Below the pieces are notes generated by a model that was not told the origin of the DNA, searched no databases, and saw only the letters and a list, made by a program, of their open reading frames with translations. Of a stretch of 64,000 bases of DNA, positions 28,445 to 42,309 are shown one piece after another. The stretch lies in the NCBI RefSeq assembly GCF_902652985.1, contig NC_047027.1, positions 19,840,001-19,904,000 on the forward strand, in the 5' to 3' direction. Origin of the DNA: Pecten maximus. Its lineage: Eukaryota. Every line of letters starts with the position of its first letter. Position 1 is the stretch's first letter. The position numbers and the translations under genes were made by a program.

Positions 28445-29200
28445 CTCTATTTTTCTGTGTCTATCAGTCTGTCTGTCTCTCTCTCTCTTTCTATTTGCCT
28501 ACCAGTTTGTCTCTTTGTATCTTTATATACCTCTCTCTATTTTTCTATTTATCTATCAGTTTGTCTCTCTATCTCCCTCTATTTTTCTGTGTATCTATCA
28601 GTTTTTCTCTTTGTATCTTTATCTATCTCCTTCTATTTTTCTGTGTCTATCAGTCTGTCCTTCTATCTCCCTCTATTATTCTATCTGTCCATCAGTTTGT
28701 ATCTTTGTATCTTTATATGTGTCCCTCCATTTTTCTATCTGTCCATCAGTTTGTATCTTTGTATCTTTATATGTGTCCCTCCATTTTTGTATGTGTATCT
28801 ATCAGTTTTTCTCTTTGTATCTTTATCTATCTCCTCCTATTTCTCTGTGTCTATCAGTCTGTCCCTCTATCTCCCTCTATTATTCTATGTGTCCATCAGT
28901 TTGTATCTTTGTATCTTTATATGTGTCCCTCCATTTTTTTATGTGTATATCAGTTTATTTTTGTATCTTTATACGTGTCACTCTATTTTTCTATGTATCT
29001 ACCAGTTTGTCTCTCTATCTCCCTCTATTTTTGTATGTGTCTATCAGTTTGTCTCTTTGTGTCTTTATTTGTCCCTCAATTTTGCTATTTGTCTATCAGT
29101 TTTTATATTTGGCCGTTTCAAGATATTTTTATGCGTCGCTCAGTTTCTCTGTTTGTCTCTTGTATATGTGTTTGTCTCCCTCTATATTTCTCTCTCTTTG
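28445..29200. repeat. Complex pyrimidine-rich (CT/TCTA) satellite
   Basis: Recurring CTATCAGTTTGTCTCTCTATCTCCCTCTATTTTTCTGTGT and ATCTTTGTATCTTTATATGTGTCCCTCC units; source of three spurious + ORFs. Confidence 0.9.
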
Positions 29201-29285
29201 ATTATCTAACACTACAAAATTGATGAATATTTCTTACCGAGACCCCCCCTCCTTATAATTGCACGAATATACTATACGTGAAGTA

Positions 29286-29512
29286 TACTGTATACTTGTA
29301 AAATTTCAGTGAGCTGATATTTCGCAGGTGTCCCTGTCTGGCTTAGTTTGTGGTTATTACATTTCATGTAACCCAGCCTTGTAAATATTCTCAAGTAAAC
29401 ACGTGTTCATATATTTGTGTATATATATAAGAATATTCGTGGGGTATTTATATTTAATGACCCCGAATATAAGGAAATTATACACCCCGCGAATATTACC
29501 AAATAGACAGTA
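29286..29512. mobile_element. Degenerate TA-flanked Tc1/mariner-like non-autonomous element (MITE)
   Basis: Ends TACTGT...ACAGTA with internal TTTCGC/CGCGAA motifs. Similar relics at ~15805, ~22330, ~32000-32090, ~32340-32456 and ~45290-45490. Confidence 0.55.
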
Positions 29513-30403
29513 ATTGATTCCAATGTTAGCCATTGTTTTTATTTATATAATATTTTGATTCAAATTCAATTATATGGACAAATGACTTTTTTATATGTAT
29601 ATATATCTATATTTATATAATATGTATTACATGATTTTTGTTTTTGCGGGAAAAACATGTAAGAAAACTGGTAAAATGTGTAAAAAGGAAGTCACTTTAT
29701 CTTATTCTTGAAATATTAAAATACTTGTATTATATGATTTAGTAAAAAAAAAAAAAAAAAAATGTATATCAACATAATATATGATATTTCAAACACATTC
29801 TCAAACAGTCAAGATTGTATTTAAATCACCATGTCAGACTAAGTGCTGCGCAGTACCTATTTTACTATTATGCATTGCGTTGCGTCTACATTGCATAGAG
29901 ATGACCTTGCATGCAACGCAAATGTGCGAAATGCTTATTCAGCCGTATACAGAATATCCCAACCCGACACATACCTAAATTTTACCTTGACGACTGCTGA
30001 TATCATACCACTAGCGCAGAGACAAGGGGAGATAAGTCATATAAATTTACAGGTCTATAATAAGGTTGTGGGATTGTTGGCTATTCTAGCCTAGAAATGT
30101 CATATTCTGTCGGTGTATCATAAAATAATAATCAGAGCACATAGTTCAAACGGTTATTTACTTTTTCAATTTTTCATAATATACGTGAATACGAAGTTAT
30201 ATTGATTAAGTCATCAACACAATGAAGCGATATTGCTGTTTCCATGAACAATTAAATCTCCTCTATTAATATTAATGAAAGTATTGACTGGATTTAAATC
30301 ACAACTTTACAATTTTAGAATGAATACGTTTAGACTCCTACAACTTATTTTCAGATTAAATAATATATGTTCAATGTTTAAAAATCGTCGTTTTATTTAT
30401 CAG

Positions 30404-30422
30404 GTCTTCCCGCTTGTAACCT
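30404..30422 (+). other. Candidate 19-nt microexon
   Basis: TTTTATTTATCAG|GTCTTCCCGCTTGTAACCT|GTAAGT. Confidence 0.3.
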
Positions 30423-31129
30423 GTAAGTGAAATATGTTCATTTGTACTTTTACAGAAGATTAAATGCAAATGACACACACTCACAGCATTCATGGAATTA
30501 AATTCCCCTGTAGAAAAACTAGGTTCAATTTAATTTCAAAATACCATCCCGGAATAGTGATACCCATTTAGTGCAGAATTTCAATTTGAACAGCCGAAGT
30601 AAAACCGCATAATAAAACATAATACAATTTTTGATGTAAATTGGAGATCTAAGAGGGGAATGGGGAAAAAATCCTTCGATAAATCTCGATATCGTGTCCT
30701 GGGTAGCAGGTAAATCCTCTAATATCCTTATGAGACTATAATCTATTAAAGTGCTCCACAAGTATACATGGGAAATCATTTTTTAAATATTGATGTTTTC
30801 AAAAAATGATAGCAAAATTGTACATATGATTTAGCATATAACTTATCAAAATTATAATATTTGGTTGTCCATCAACAAATGCCGAACCTACCACCCTACC
30901 ATTAACGTCTAACGACGCCCAACAATGCTTACTGGTTACAATTCATAACAAACGTTTTCTTGATAAATGATGTTTGGAATACGAAATATTAAATAGAATG
31001 TTTAAACAGGTTCATTCAACTATGATACGAAATAGTCTGTTCAATTCTGCCTATTTTGCACACAAGTCCTCGCTGGTACATATTTACCTCGTATGAAAAT
31101 GCAACAAAGAAGGAAGTATTTGTCCCAGT

Positions 31130-31202
31130 TGATTCGATATTCAAGGATTTGTTTCCATTATCACTATGATTCGATATTCAAAGATTTGTTTCCATTATCA
31201 CT
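31130..31202. repeat. 37-bp tandem duplication
   Basis: TGATTCGATATTCAA(G/A)GATTTGTTTCCATTATCACT at 31130 and 31167. Confidence 0.9.
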
Positions 31203-31679
31203 CTTTCCGTGACAGGTGTCGACTACCGACGCCGAAAGTGACAACAGAATGATTCGGGAGATACAGGTTGATGAAGACCCTTGGGAAGTATCATGGTGGA
31301 CATCATTACCACGTTTGGAGATATTCTATTTCATTGTGCGATATAAAGTCACACGTGGTCGATGCTTGTTGATATGTCTAATGGTTCCATTGTCAGCACT
31401 CTCGTCCTCATTTCGAGATTGTGACCGGATTCGACCTAGATGTGTGTGGCGCAGAAGACGCGTATCCTTTCCGAACGCCAGGTCCCTGTTTCATCAACAT
31501 TCTTTAACTTAAGAACTTCCACAAGAGAGTATTACTACAAACAAAATATTAGGAAGAAAATCTTTCCTTAAGTTAAAAAATATTGGTGAACATGGCTCCT
31601 GGGCTTATTTTCTTGTACTTGTTCAAGATACTCAAGGCAAATATGATTTTTTGTTGATATTTTGTCCTCGAGCTAGAAT

Positions 31680-31805
31680 GATAGTTTTACTATTATGTCG
31701 GTATTTTCTGTTGCTTTTCTATCATAAATATCGTGATATCTGAGTTTGTGCTATGACCTCTTCCTTACTAAATGTCAAGACAAAGGAGCAGAAAAACAAT
31801 ACCCT
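31680..31805 (-). mobile_element. Dispersed repeat fragment, same family as 36330-36515
   Basis: Reverse complement aligns by eye with 36375-36515 (GTTTTCTGCTC...TTTGTC.TGAC...CACAAAC...ATCACGATA...AGCAACAGA...ACATAATA). Confidence 0.6.
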
Positions 31806-32810
31806 CTAAACCTACTTAGACCTTTTCAGGTGATAGAACATGATGTGACATTCAATTATAAAGACAACGTTAATTTGGATATTTATCTTTTAACTAAAAA
31901 CCACGTTGAAAGTGCATGAGTCAAATACTTTTAGGTTAACAGATAACTCCATCTGAAAGCATTTCTTGACCCCTATCCAAAAACGTTATTAGCCCACAAA
32001 TAATCGTGAAGGATTTGATTTGGTGATTGATTATAATCGTCAATTAACGCGAAAACAAATCCTGCGCGAAATATAAGTGAGTTTACAGTACTACTAATCA
32101 TCGTTTACTTTTGACACTATTTAATGTATATAACATATGCTATACCAATTAGCTGTATACTACCATAATATACACTGCATTGTATACGTCAGTACCATAT
32201 CTTAACTTCGAATACATTGTACGGTATCATGTCATTCTTAAAATATGACAAAGAAGTAATATTACGAAACGAATAGAATAAGATTGTAAACATCATGTCG
32301 GTAGTCAATATAGAAGTCCTGTAGTGTCCATGCCTCTTATAGCTCATCATTCGCGAAATTAAAGCCATAAGTGTTCGTTAAATCATGTATTCGCGAATAT
32401 TTCTGAAGAGGTAAGATCGCGAAAAAAGTATTCACGAAATCTAAGTGATTTAAAGTATGTATTTTCAGAATAATGAATTACAATGTATTATTCTAGATAA
32501 GATTACAATTTTTATCTGAGGTACAGTGTAGGTGGAATGCAATGTAATATATATATCATGCTAGCATATATCAAAATGATACAACATTGGTTATATAGAC
32601 AAAATAGTGTTACATGAAAATAACACTTTAAAAAACGATACTCACTGGTTTGTAGAATTAGTATCGTATAATATAAAATACTAGCCTGTTTTAGGTTGTA
32701 AAAAGGTATAAACAGGTAATAACACTATCATAATGTCTGTATTATATAGTAAAAAAAATAATATGAAAAGGTAGAAGAACAGTAAATATGTTTTGATTGT
32801 ATTAAACGTC

Positions 32811-33114
32811 ACGAAATATTGATTCTAATTTGTAGTATTAACAGTTATTACCTGTATATTACTAAAATATCCTTTGTATTCTTTTTCTTCATTGCTATTC
32901 GATATTTATGTAGTGATAGAAAATGTCATTTGCTCTCAAAAATGTGCTATTTTGAACAGGTAAACGAAATATTGATTCTAATTTGTAGTATTAACAGTTA
33001 TTACCTGTATATTACTAAAATATCCTTTGTATTCTTTTTCTTCATTGCTATTCGATATTTATGTAGTGATAGAAAATGTCATTTGCTCTCAAAAATGTGC
33101 TATTTTGAACAGGT
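32811..33114. repeat. Apparently perfect 153-bp tandem duplication
   Basis: Copies start at 32811 and 32964; gives the 51-aa repeat in ORF 32819-33127. Confidence 0.95.
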
Positions 33115-35975
33115 CAAGGTACACTGAACTGTTGATTGTCTTATTTATCACAGAACCAGGGTTTTTTTTAATGATGAAGTTATTTCTACTTTTTTTAAGT
33201 GTATTTCTCAGAATATAATTATTTCTATTCATTGTTTTTGTCCTGTTTATAGTTTTAAAGACGGGCAGTAATTTCTCCATTTGATTGATTTTTCTCCTTA
33301 TTAGGCATTTCTGAGAAGAACAATCTGGCTCATTATTTAGATTACATTTGTAATTTCATTACTGTTTCACGATACACAATATAAAATTTAAAGTAAACAA
33401 AAACAAATGGCCGGAAACAGTTAAAGTGAATTAGGAAAATACAGATGTACGGTAAAAAAAAAATTCAAGATGGAAACCTGATTCACGTCATGAGTAGGAA
33501 GACCGGACAACACTCAAAAATATCTTTCTTATCATTTAACTTAATATCTAAACACAATATATGATATACACTTGTAGATATTGATCCAAAGATATGAACA
33601 AATTATCGAAATTGGCTTATAGTGCCCATGATTTAACATATACTCTAAATAAACCACCCATTAACAGTTAATTGAAATAATTTCATCTGTGGGTAAAAAA
33701 AAACATTAAAAAAGTTTATGGAAATTATTCCAGGTATGCTGTCGATTAATTGATTACTGATATTATCTATATTTGATATTTTGTATATTTACCAACAAGT
33801 TTTAACTAAATGTATATAGCATTACTACATAGTGAAAGGTGAAAGTCAACACATACTGTGGTGTGTGGTAAAATTGGAATTCAGCGTCTAACCACAATAT
33901 AACACCTATATATCCTTTTAATGATGAACTGTCTAAATGTTGAATTGCCTGTGGCTTGTGGTAGGACTTTTCTGAGAGTCATAATGAATACCTTTTCATA
34001 AAACATGGTCGACAGTATTATGCCTATCAGAAATATATATCATAATTGATATATTCACCAGTTCGCAGGTGTCTGTATATCTTTTGTAACTTTGTACTGA
34101 AGCTGATGTAATTACACTTAATGATTTCTCTGTTGGGGGGGCTGTATATATCAAGTAAATATGTAACTCAATTAAAGGCAAACTTATACTCACTACTATA
34201 TTGCTGTTAAGGTAAAATTTATTCAAGGAACCAGACAATCCAATTTCACGATATCATTTGTTATGTATTTAAATAAATATATTACATATATATTTAGATT
34301 ACTGTGGAATATGAACAATTTCAACACAGATGCTTGAACGATATGTCATCACATTCCGTATATAATTTTCAAAACATTATAGATGTGTTTGACATGTTTA
34401 TCAGGAGAGCTGTTTTTTTCTTTTTTTTCATTTCCTTTTTTTTTTTACTAAGAAGTAAATCGCTGTAACTTCTAATTAACTTTAATAATTGTAAAAAAAA
34501 CAGATGATGTTATGAACCAAGTGGTACATGTTTAATCACCTCCGATTAATTTTAGCAAGCAAAATATAAATATTTTATTACATTTCTGTTGAAATCGGTA
34601 AGATTTTGGTTAAAATTAAATGCTCTGTCAGTTATTTTATCTCATGAAATGAAAATCTGAAATCATAAACATTGATATACAAAGTGTACTGTTTACCTAT
34701 AGGGACAAATTCATCGTGATTTTACGTATTGGGAAATCAAAACAACGTACTGAAACTTAAAAAAACCTACAACTTGTGACCTACATTAAGTAGGTTTACT
34801 GTGAGTAAGGTAAAATACGTTAAATAGTTATACACTTTTTGAACGAATTGTGGCCTGATTTTACTACCCAAAATATATAATGCTATATAGAAACATAAAA
34901 CCACACTGATCATTTATTTTGTTCTTTGCATAGCCTTTGTTTCGAAATACTTCTACCGGCAACCTAAAATGAAAACCGACACATAGTGTTTTGTAGTACC
35001 ATCAGAGTTAGAATGAGGAGCATGCGTGTATAAGAAAATACGGCTATAATGAGATGGCTGTTTCTGTATGACGTCAGACATGCACCGATTTACCGACTTC
35101 CAAGGAAAACACTACGCTTTACTATATAGATCCTTATTTCTTTATCATGGACATTTCTATATCAATACCAATTTTAAATCAGTGATTACCTTGTATCAAT
35201 TGAATGAATACATATATATACAATGATGTTAAATGAAATATATATTACTTTATTTAGATCGCGATATCATGAATATATACAGGATGTGATGATTATAGAG
35301 TAACAAAAAACCTAATGCATTTCGATCGCTATTTATTTAAATGTAATTCTATAATTACACATTAATCGTAACAAAGGTGATTAATAACGATTTCTCTTTA
35401 CCTACGTATTTAAAGTGAGCCAATTCTATCTCTTTTTTTAACTAGACTATTTTTTCACATTAAATCAGAAATGATATTCTCAGATATTAAATCACTTATT
35501 CGAAGATATATACACAACAAAAACTAAGATTAATACTATGTGGATATAATGGAAAATTATACGTCACGTTTGCGATACAAGTTTATCAAAATACAAAAAT
35601 ACCATATTGCCAATTAGCTAGACTATTTAAGTAAAACAAGACACAAGGTTAGACTGGGAAGCAGTGCTGTCTATACACATATACTACTATACTACTATAT
35701 TATAGACAAAAAAAACCAGAGTTGAAACCAAGGCATGAAAGAATGATGAAGTTTCTTCCATTGCATGTGACAACTGTCAAGATTTCCCCAGTCGTTTCCA
35801 AGAATGTACCTTTTTTTTCAAACATTACTGATGATATAGTTCAACATGATTAAGACACTGATATTTCATTGTACAACAGATGCACAAGACAAAAGCATCA
35901 TTCAAAACAAATTTAGAGTTACATACTGTAGAGCCAAAATGTGATTAAACTGTACCGTACATCTGCATCTCACGT

Positions 35976-36003
35976 CTAGGACTCGTCAGTGATGTTAAGG
36001 ACT
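35976..36003 (-). ncRNA. 5' half of a hammerhead motif, same family as the 6441 array
   Basis: Reverse complement GTCCTTAACATCA-CTGACGA-GTCCTAG matches GTCCCCAGCATCA-CTGACGA-GTCCTAG of unit 4. Confidence 0.6.
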
Positions 36004-36329
36004 TAGAGTGGTCATTGGAGGCAATTAAAAGACCCGAAATAGGTCGAAAGAAATATCCGGTCACTATTTCGTATAAATTAAGCCATGTCTGATTGAAACC
36101 CTGTCTCATAAGTTTGTTGATCAAAATGAAAAATGCAAGCTTTGATAGACTGCCAAGAAGTTGTTGTAAAATTACTGCACATATGAGGAAATAGAATAAC
36201 TGAAAGCCTTAACAATGCTGCTCAAAGACCTTTGTCATTCTATGAAATTATGAAAGTAACAAATATGATTAGGAATGTTCCATCATTTTCCATGATGCTA
36301 TACCTAAATATGCATGCAAAAATATTCTC

Positions 36330-36515
36330 TACTATTATCTGAATACCGACATAAGAACGAAATCACAATTTTAACTCAAAAATAGGTTTTCTGCTCTAAC
36401 ATTTGTCCTGACTGAAATTTAATGGAGAAAAGATATTGACACAAACACATCACGATAATTCTAACAGAAAAAAGAGCAACAGAGATAAGCAACATAATAA
36501 CGAAACTGTAATTCT
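36330..36515 (+). mobile_element. Dispersed repeat (TATTATCTGAATACCGACATAA family)
   Basis: Three copies or fragments in the window (20990, 31680, 36330). Confidence 0.6.
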
Positions 36516-36584
36516 TACTCGAAATCGATAAAACGAAATATTAACAGAAAAACTAGAATTGCATGCAAACCCTTTAAAAAGTAA

Positions 36585-36905
36585 GAGAATACTACCATGT
36601 GTTCCGAAAGAGTAAGCGTCTTCTGTCTAATCTACGACACCCGCCATACAAATCTAGGTCAAATCCGGGTTAAGTCACATTTTCAATATGAGAAGTAGGA
36701 TGATGAAAACAGACCCCTTAGGCATTTCAATAAGCGTCGAACACGTTCGATTTCATATCGCACAAGGATGGCCATACATCTTTCATGATTTCTATGTACC
36801 TGCATTTCTCGAAACCTTTTGTTGTTGACTATTCCAACAGTAGTCGACACTTGTCAGGTAAGTCGTGATTGTCGGAAATATTATTCCTGATAGCGAATTA
36901 GTAAC
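36585..36905 (-). mobile_element. Decayed Penelope-like retroelement 3' part (RT C-terminus plus downstream motif)
   Basis: Minus-strand translation with frameshifts and stops: LIRY...SDNHDLPDKCRLLLE*STTKGFEKCR...KMYGH. This resembles the PLE RT C-terminal pattern LIRYARAC..DF..R..LL..KL..QGF...RL....KFYGRH. It is followed by GGCGGGTGT...GACGCTTACTCTTTCGGAACAC, which I recall from bivalve PLE ends. Confidence 0.6.
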
Positions 36906-36979
36906 TTTTCCCCTTATTCTAATGTCATGTAAATAACTAATTTACCCTTTATGTTAAAACATCCATTGAATTTTAACCA

Positions 36980-37226
36980 AACTAGGTAGATATATTATCT
37001 TCAACACAGTGTTAAAATATTCAGCTTGATCCCAAAAACTGAATACAGTATATTTATCAATGTGTTAAATATCTAGTTTTATAAAAAAAAAAACCTAAAG
37101 TATCTTCATCAAAGTGTTAAGACATCCAGTTTTATCAAAAAGAAAAAAACTAAAAGTATCTTCATCAAAGTGTTAAAACATCCAGTTTTACCAAACAGAA
37201 AAAACTAAAAGTATCTTCATCAAAGT
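36980..37226. repeat. ~55-bp degenerate tandem repeat (~4.5 copies)
   Basis: AAAGTATCTTCATCAAAGTGTTAA.ACATCCAGTTTTA with TATCTTC at 37101/37157/37212. Confidence 0.85.
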
Positions 37227-40200
37227 GAAACTATTAACTACTGATAATAATGCATTACTAGGCAAACAATGGATAGCATTAAACACGCAGTATATCATTT
37301 ATATAGTTGTTGTTTTGTATATATTGAAAAATACCTCTCCTCAATATTATGATAAATGTACCAAGTCAGCGTGAAGTTGAATATATATTGACAGCCAAAT
37401 AATTGTTAAAGTTTCTTCTTTACGGTGTTGAATTACAAAGATATAAAGTTTTTATTAATTATGACCTTGAAGTCATGAATTTATTAATTAGCCCATACAG
37501 GCAGTTTATTCGAGCATATTGCTAATTACACACGGTTCTAAGTATCTAACGGCTGGGTAATTACATCTATATAAAGCATCTTTGTGAATATATAGATATA
37601 TCAAATAGGTTTGGAAAGGTTTTCTTACATTTAATTAGATAAATTGACAAAATATCACCCACTCACTATACAATGAAATAGGTCATTAATGAAAGTAATA
37701 TACGACAATACATTTAACGGTATTTCATTGGTTAATAATAAACTTTGCATTATCTTACTATAAAATCATATTTCACGCTCTCTGATTGGCTAAAATAGTG
37801 TCACGTGATTCCCGACTGGGTGTTTCTAAGAAAAGATTAATAATGAATTACTTCCCCTTGGTGTTGTCCAACAGTATCAAATATCTTGCACGTTTTTGAA
37901 ACATGACAAGCAATAAAGTTTATTGTTATAATACTAAATCATCTTAAAATCGTATACTTTATGCAATTCAATACACTGGCTTACTTTTGATTGTGTGGTG
38001 TTTAAAGATATAAAAATATGTTTACAAATGCTTCTCAATTCAGTCTCTATCATCCCATGTACAAGTGTTACTCGTATTCATTGCATGCTTATTAAAAATC
38101 AAAACAGTATTATTACAATAAAACTAATACATGTTTTCATTAACTTGAACCTCGTCGGACTTTTTTTCAGGTTATTAAAACAGTGTATCTACCTTATCAA
38201 AAGGCTATAATGGAGTAATATAAATTTATGTATTTATTCATAAAATCTTGAACACGACATCTCTGTACATGTCTCAATTAAATTGTTTATCCTGTTGAGG
38301 TTAGAGGTAAAAATTAGCGATTTAACAAGTTTCCATATTCGCTACTTAAGGGTATGATGATTTTACACATGCTTTGAACTTCCCCTTTTCATGGTCGTAG
38401 ATTCTGTTTTCACAGAAACAATAGGTTAAGAAAAATATTTACTGAAATATATTTATTAGTTGTTCTCAACACCTATATGAAAATAGTCGCAATACGTCAC
38501 AATGGTACATGTTAGTGTAAGCATAAATAAATACCTATTAATATAAGCTGAAAACTTAATTTCTTACCTAACCTCAGAGAAGGAGTATTCAAAAATAACA
38601 TCAAATGTTAAATTAATAATATATTTCGTAAAGTAAAGAGGCAGATTTTTTTTGGGAAGTGATTTCCTCCTGAAAGAACCTTTTACAAAGCATGCTTAAT
38701 GATTATCAATGCTTTATCAAACATTCAGATTCCGATCGAATATTCCAAACAATAACATGATTTTGTTTTGAAAAAGTAAAATGCATAAAAATAACAAAAG
38801 AAAATCACATATTTGTATGGACAGTAACATCTAAAAAGTGCAGCCTTACAGGGGAAGTGTAAAGGTCAGTGGTAGGTAAGTCGGCTTATAAAAAGTAATA
38901 AAAAATACAAGGGAGTAAAATTGTTATGAAACCAGAGTGACGATACATAAAGTTATAAGGTTATGTTGGTGATAGAAAAGAAAATCCAAAGGAAATTGTA
39001 AAGGAAAATTAGCAAAGTTGCTATAGCAACTGTGAAAGTAAAATCGCATGAAGCAGTGAATATATAATAAAATTCGATATAAAATACATAAAGTAGAAAA
39101 GTGATAAAATTTTGTATAAATATCCATAGTAGTAAAACGGTTATAAAAGATGGCGAAACATCATGTGATTTATGATTATCTTTTGATAAAGAAAGACACA
39201 AAATTTGATGAAAAGAGGAAGATAGAAAAGCATATCATAAAAAAATGTTCAAAGGTATCCAGTATATAAATTCATTTGGCTTTTCTCATCGATAGCCCAT
39301 TGTGACTTTTTTTTTCATTCAGAAATTTATGATTTTACGGCGGTTAGATTAAATATGGCTTCTATAGAGATATTTGTATCTGAAATCTCAATAACAACAA
39401 TATTAACTCCATTACAAAATAATTACACCAGAACATGTCACATAATGCTGTTTTTGCATACAACAATATTTTTCCTACTAATGATATATATCAAAACTTG
39501 AGGATAGTTACCCATCCATTCATTCTAAACGTCTTTCATGTTAATCAAAATGATCCTTATCAACTATTTTTCAAAATATATCGCCGGAAAAAGAAAGTAT
39601 CCCATGATTTTAAAATCATGTATATATGTCACCTCTGGCGCGTTGCACTTAAAGGGTACAGAAATTAAGACAGCTTTCAGAAAAATATTGATAGACAGAA
39701 GTATAATTATTGATATAAAAAGGTATAAATTTACTTTAAGTTTAAACACAATACATTTTATACGTTCAATTATATAGAAGCTAAAGGGAAATCAGACTGA
39801 ATGTCTACCGAAATAATGTAGACGTTTTAACTCCACAAAACACCAGATCCCTCAGGCAAAGAGAAATGGCAGCCTCCAAATCCTTCAGGCAAAGTGAGGT
39901 GTTTATCTGTAGAGTAAATGACAGACGACACTAGATTGTGTCATTACATAAGGTCCTTTTGGGTCCAGAGGACATTCTGTCTAAGCCAGTGATATCTGGA
40001 TTCCTCCAGGACGAAACGCTATCCGTCAGGTCCTGCTAAGAGTTCTCGTTAATTGATTACAGTTCGCGTTATAAAATTGATATTTTAATTCAGGAAATGA
40101 CAAAATAACCTGTTGGTGCATATCTATATTTATAGATGAGAAGAAATAATAAAACAATATTCTATCGATAAAGGTTTTCTTATTAATATTTTTTTATCTA

Positions 40201-40854
40201 TCTTTTTCTTTTATTATTATAATTTTTTCTCTCGATGTAATACATTTATAATTTACATCATCATTTCAGATAACAATCATTCTGTTTTAATTTCTTAACT
40301 TGTTTTGTTATTCTATAGTTATTTAACTTTTTTTTCATGTTTTTTTCATATCATACCTTTACAATTGACATTATCATTTCATATAACAATATTCTGTTAT
40401 TGTTAGTTTGATTTTTTATTAAAACATTTTTAGTTATGTTTTTCTCATTTTTATACAAAGAATTTACAACTCAGATTATCATCTCATATACCAATGTCCT
40501 ATTAAAGATTCGAACATGTTATTATTGTTTTTCTAACGTGAATATGAGAACTCGAGGATACCATACCCATCTTTTCTAAAAAATTATTACACATTTTGGT
40601 ATTGATGACAATTACTGTTTGCTTCATAAAAGTATTAAAGTACATATAATATGTTTTTAATAAAAATGATATTAATCACCAATAAGACGTGAATCACCAC
40701 AGCATTTGTTTACTAATTGGTATGTACCTTTATATCAACATAAGTATAATGTTAATATATGGTGTATTCTTATTTCACTTGAAATTGATATATTTATCAT
40801 ATATCGATACAAGTATATCGCGATACTGCTCATCATCCACTTATCTGAATCAAA

Positions 40855-40968
40855 TGTTTATATATCATGTGACTGTATTTGTATTCTTTGTGTCTTGATA
40901 AAAGGGCGTATTGCCTCGAAAATTGGACATTTTTCATTGTCCACGCTGTTGGAATTTTTCGCCCCATA
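40855..40968 (+). mobile_element. ~115-bp dispersed repeat (probable DNA-transposon terminus); inverted partner at 46513-46628
   Basis: TGTATTTGTATTC..TGTGT.TTGATAAA.GGGCG.ATTGCCTCGAAAATT.G.CATTTTTCAT.GTCCAC.CTGT is shared by both copies. Confidence 0.7.
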
Positions 40969-42309
40969 CTGAATCAACTATAAGTGTATTCAATTGAACG
41001 CAATAGTGACGTAATATGATTGAGTAGATTTTACTGAATTTTTAATTTGTCACAAAAGCATATTAATTGCCGCAAAAGGGCCGTAACCCACGGACATGGA
41101 CGATACCTATTCTTAAACACAGTTTAATTATTGATAGATGTCTACAACATGTAAAGAATATTGTATACTAATAATCACATAGGTCCATTAAGGGCACACT
41201 ATTAGCTGATGAAACCATGTTGTAGTATATGTTAACGTCTGTGTGTCTTCCCTTCTGTATAGCCGTATTGTTACTGACGAATTCGTTTTTCCGATGAAAA
41301 CTCACATTACTGAACAACAAAAAAAAAAATGAAGATTTTTTGGGACATGCTTCGTATTCGTCAAATTAAAAAGAAAGTTTTGGCATTGAGAATGATCATC
41401 TTCAGTTATAATATACATAAATGCCCAGAATTCCACACATATTTCAATCATCATTGTCGAAACGACATATCTTCCCGACTCTGTGCGCGACTTTAAAAGC
41501 CTTCTCTGAAAAGCCTTGCTTGATAATTTCATTAACGTTGGGACAGTTTATATACGTGGAGCCGTATTGCGTTCATCGGACATATATAGCCGAACTTTTA
41601 ACTGCTAATTATGATTATGGATTTCTATTGCTCCAATAGAACAAATTTTCGTATCAAAGGTAGATAATAGATATGTATGTTAAATTTGCTTTATATGGAT
41701 TACATATTACACAACAAAATGATTTAGTATGAACATATTGGGTTTCATTTTATTTCATATACTGCTAAGTCAACATTTACCTTTAACAGAAGAATTGTTC
41801 TAAAGACACCAGGAATTATATAGGAGACTGCAGCAGACAGCTGTGTCGTCCTTTCCTATCATTTTAGTGATACTAGGGACCAAAATATAGAAATCTTTAA
41901 AGAAGATTGGAAAATTAAAATTCCCCAAAGCCAACGTTAAATCATAGAAGAAGGCTAATTTGACCGTGTGATTCGATAAGTATGGTGATGTTTCTTTTTT
42001 TTTAATTTTCTTACTATCATTGATTACACAGCTGTGTGATTTCCCAAAAGAAACATTTGCTAGATGTTCTACTTTTCCCCAACAATGACATTGGCTAACA
42101 ATAACCAGACATGCACGCGAATAGCACCTATGTGCAGTATATGTTAAATAACGAATAAAATAGTACCGTTACTATTGAAACCATGAACTATTTCTTAAAT
42201 ATTCTATTTCAAAGAGGAACTATTGCTTTTTTTTTGTTAAAAGTCTGAAGGCGCAAAGAAGTTATAGAGTTCATAGTGTGCTTTATATTTCATTTCTGGT
42301 GAAATATGA

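Noticed and set aside
28267-29223. Three overlapping 250-318-aa ORFs
   Set aside because: Product of an N-gap plus a pyrimidine-rich satellite that lacks stop codons.
39990-40040. GGACGAAAC as another hammerhead, and CTATCCGTCAGG similar to a molluscan miRNA
   Set aside because: The CUGAnGA box is not intact; the miRNA seed differs and no precursor hairpin is evident.
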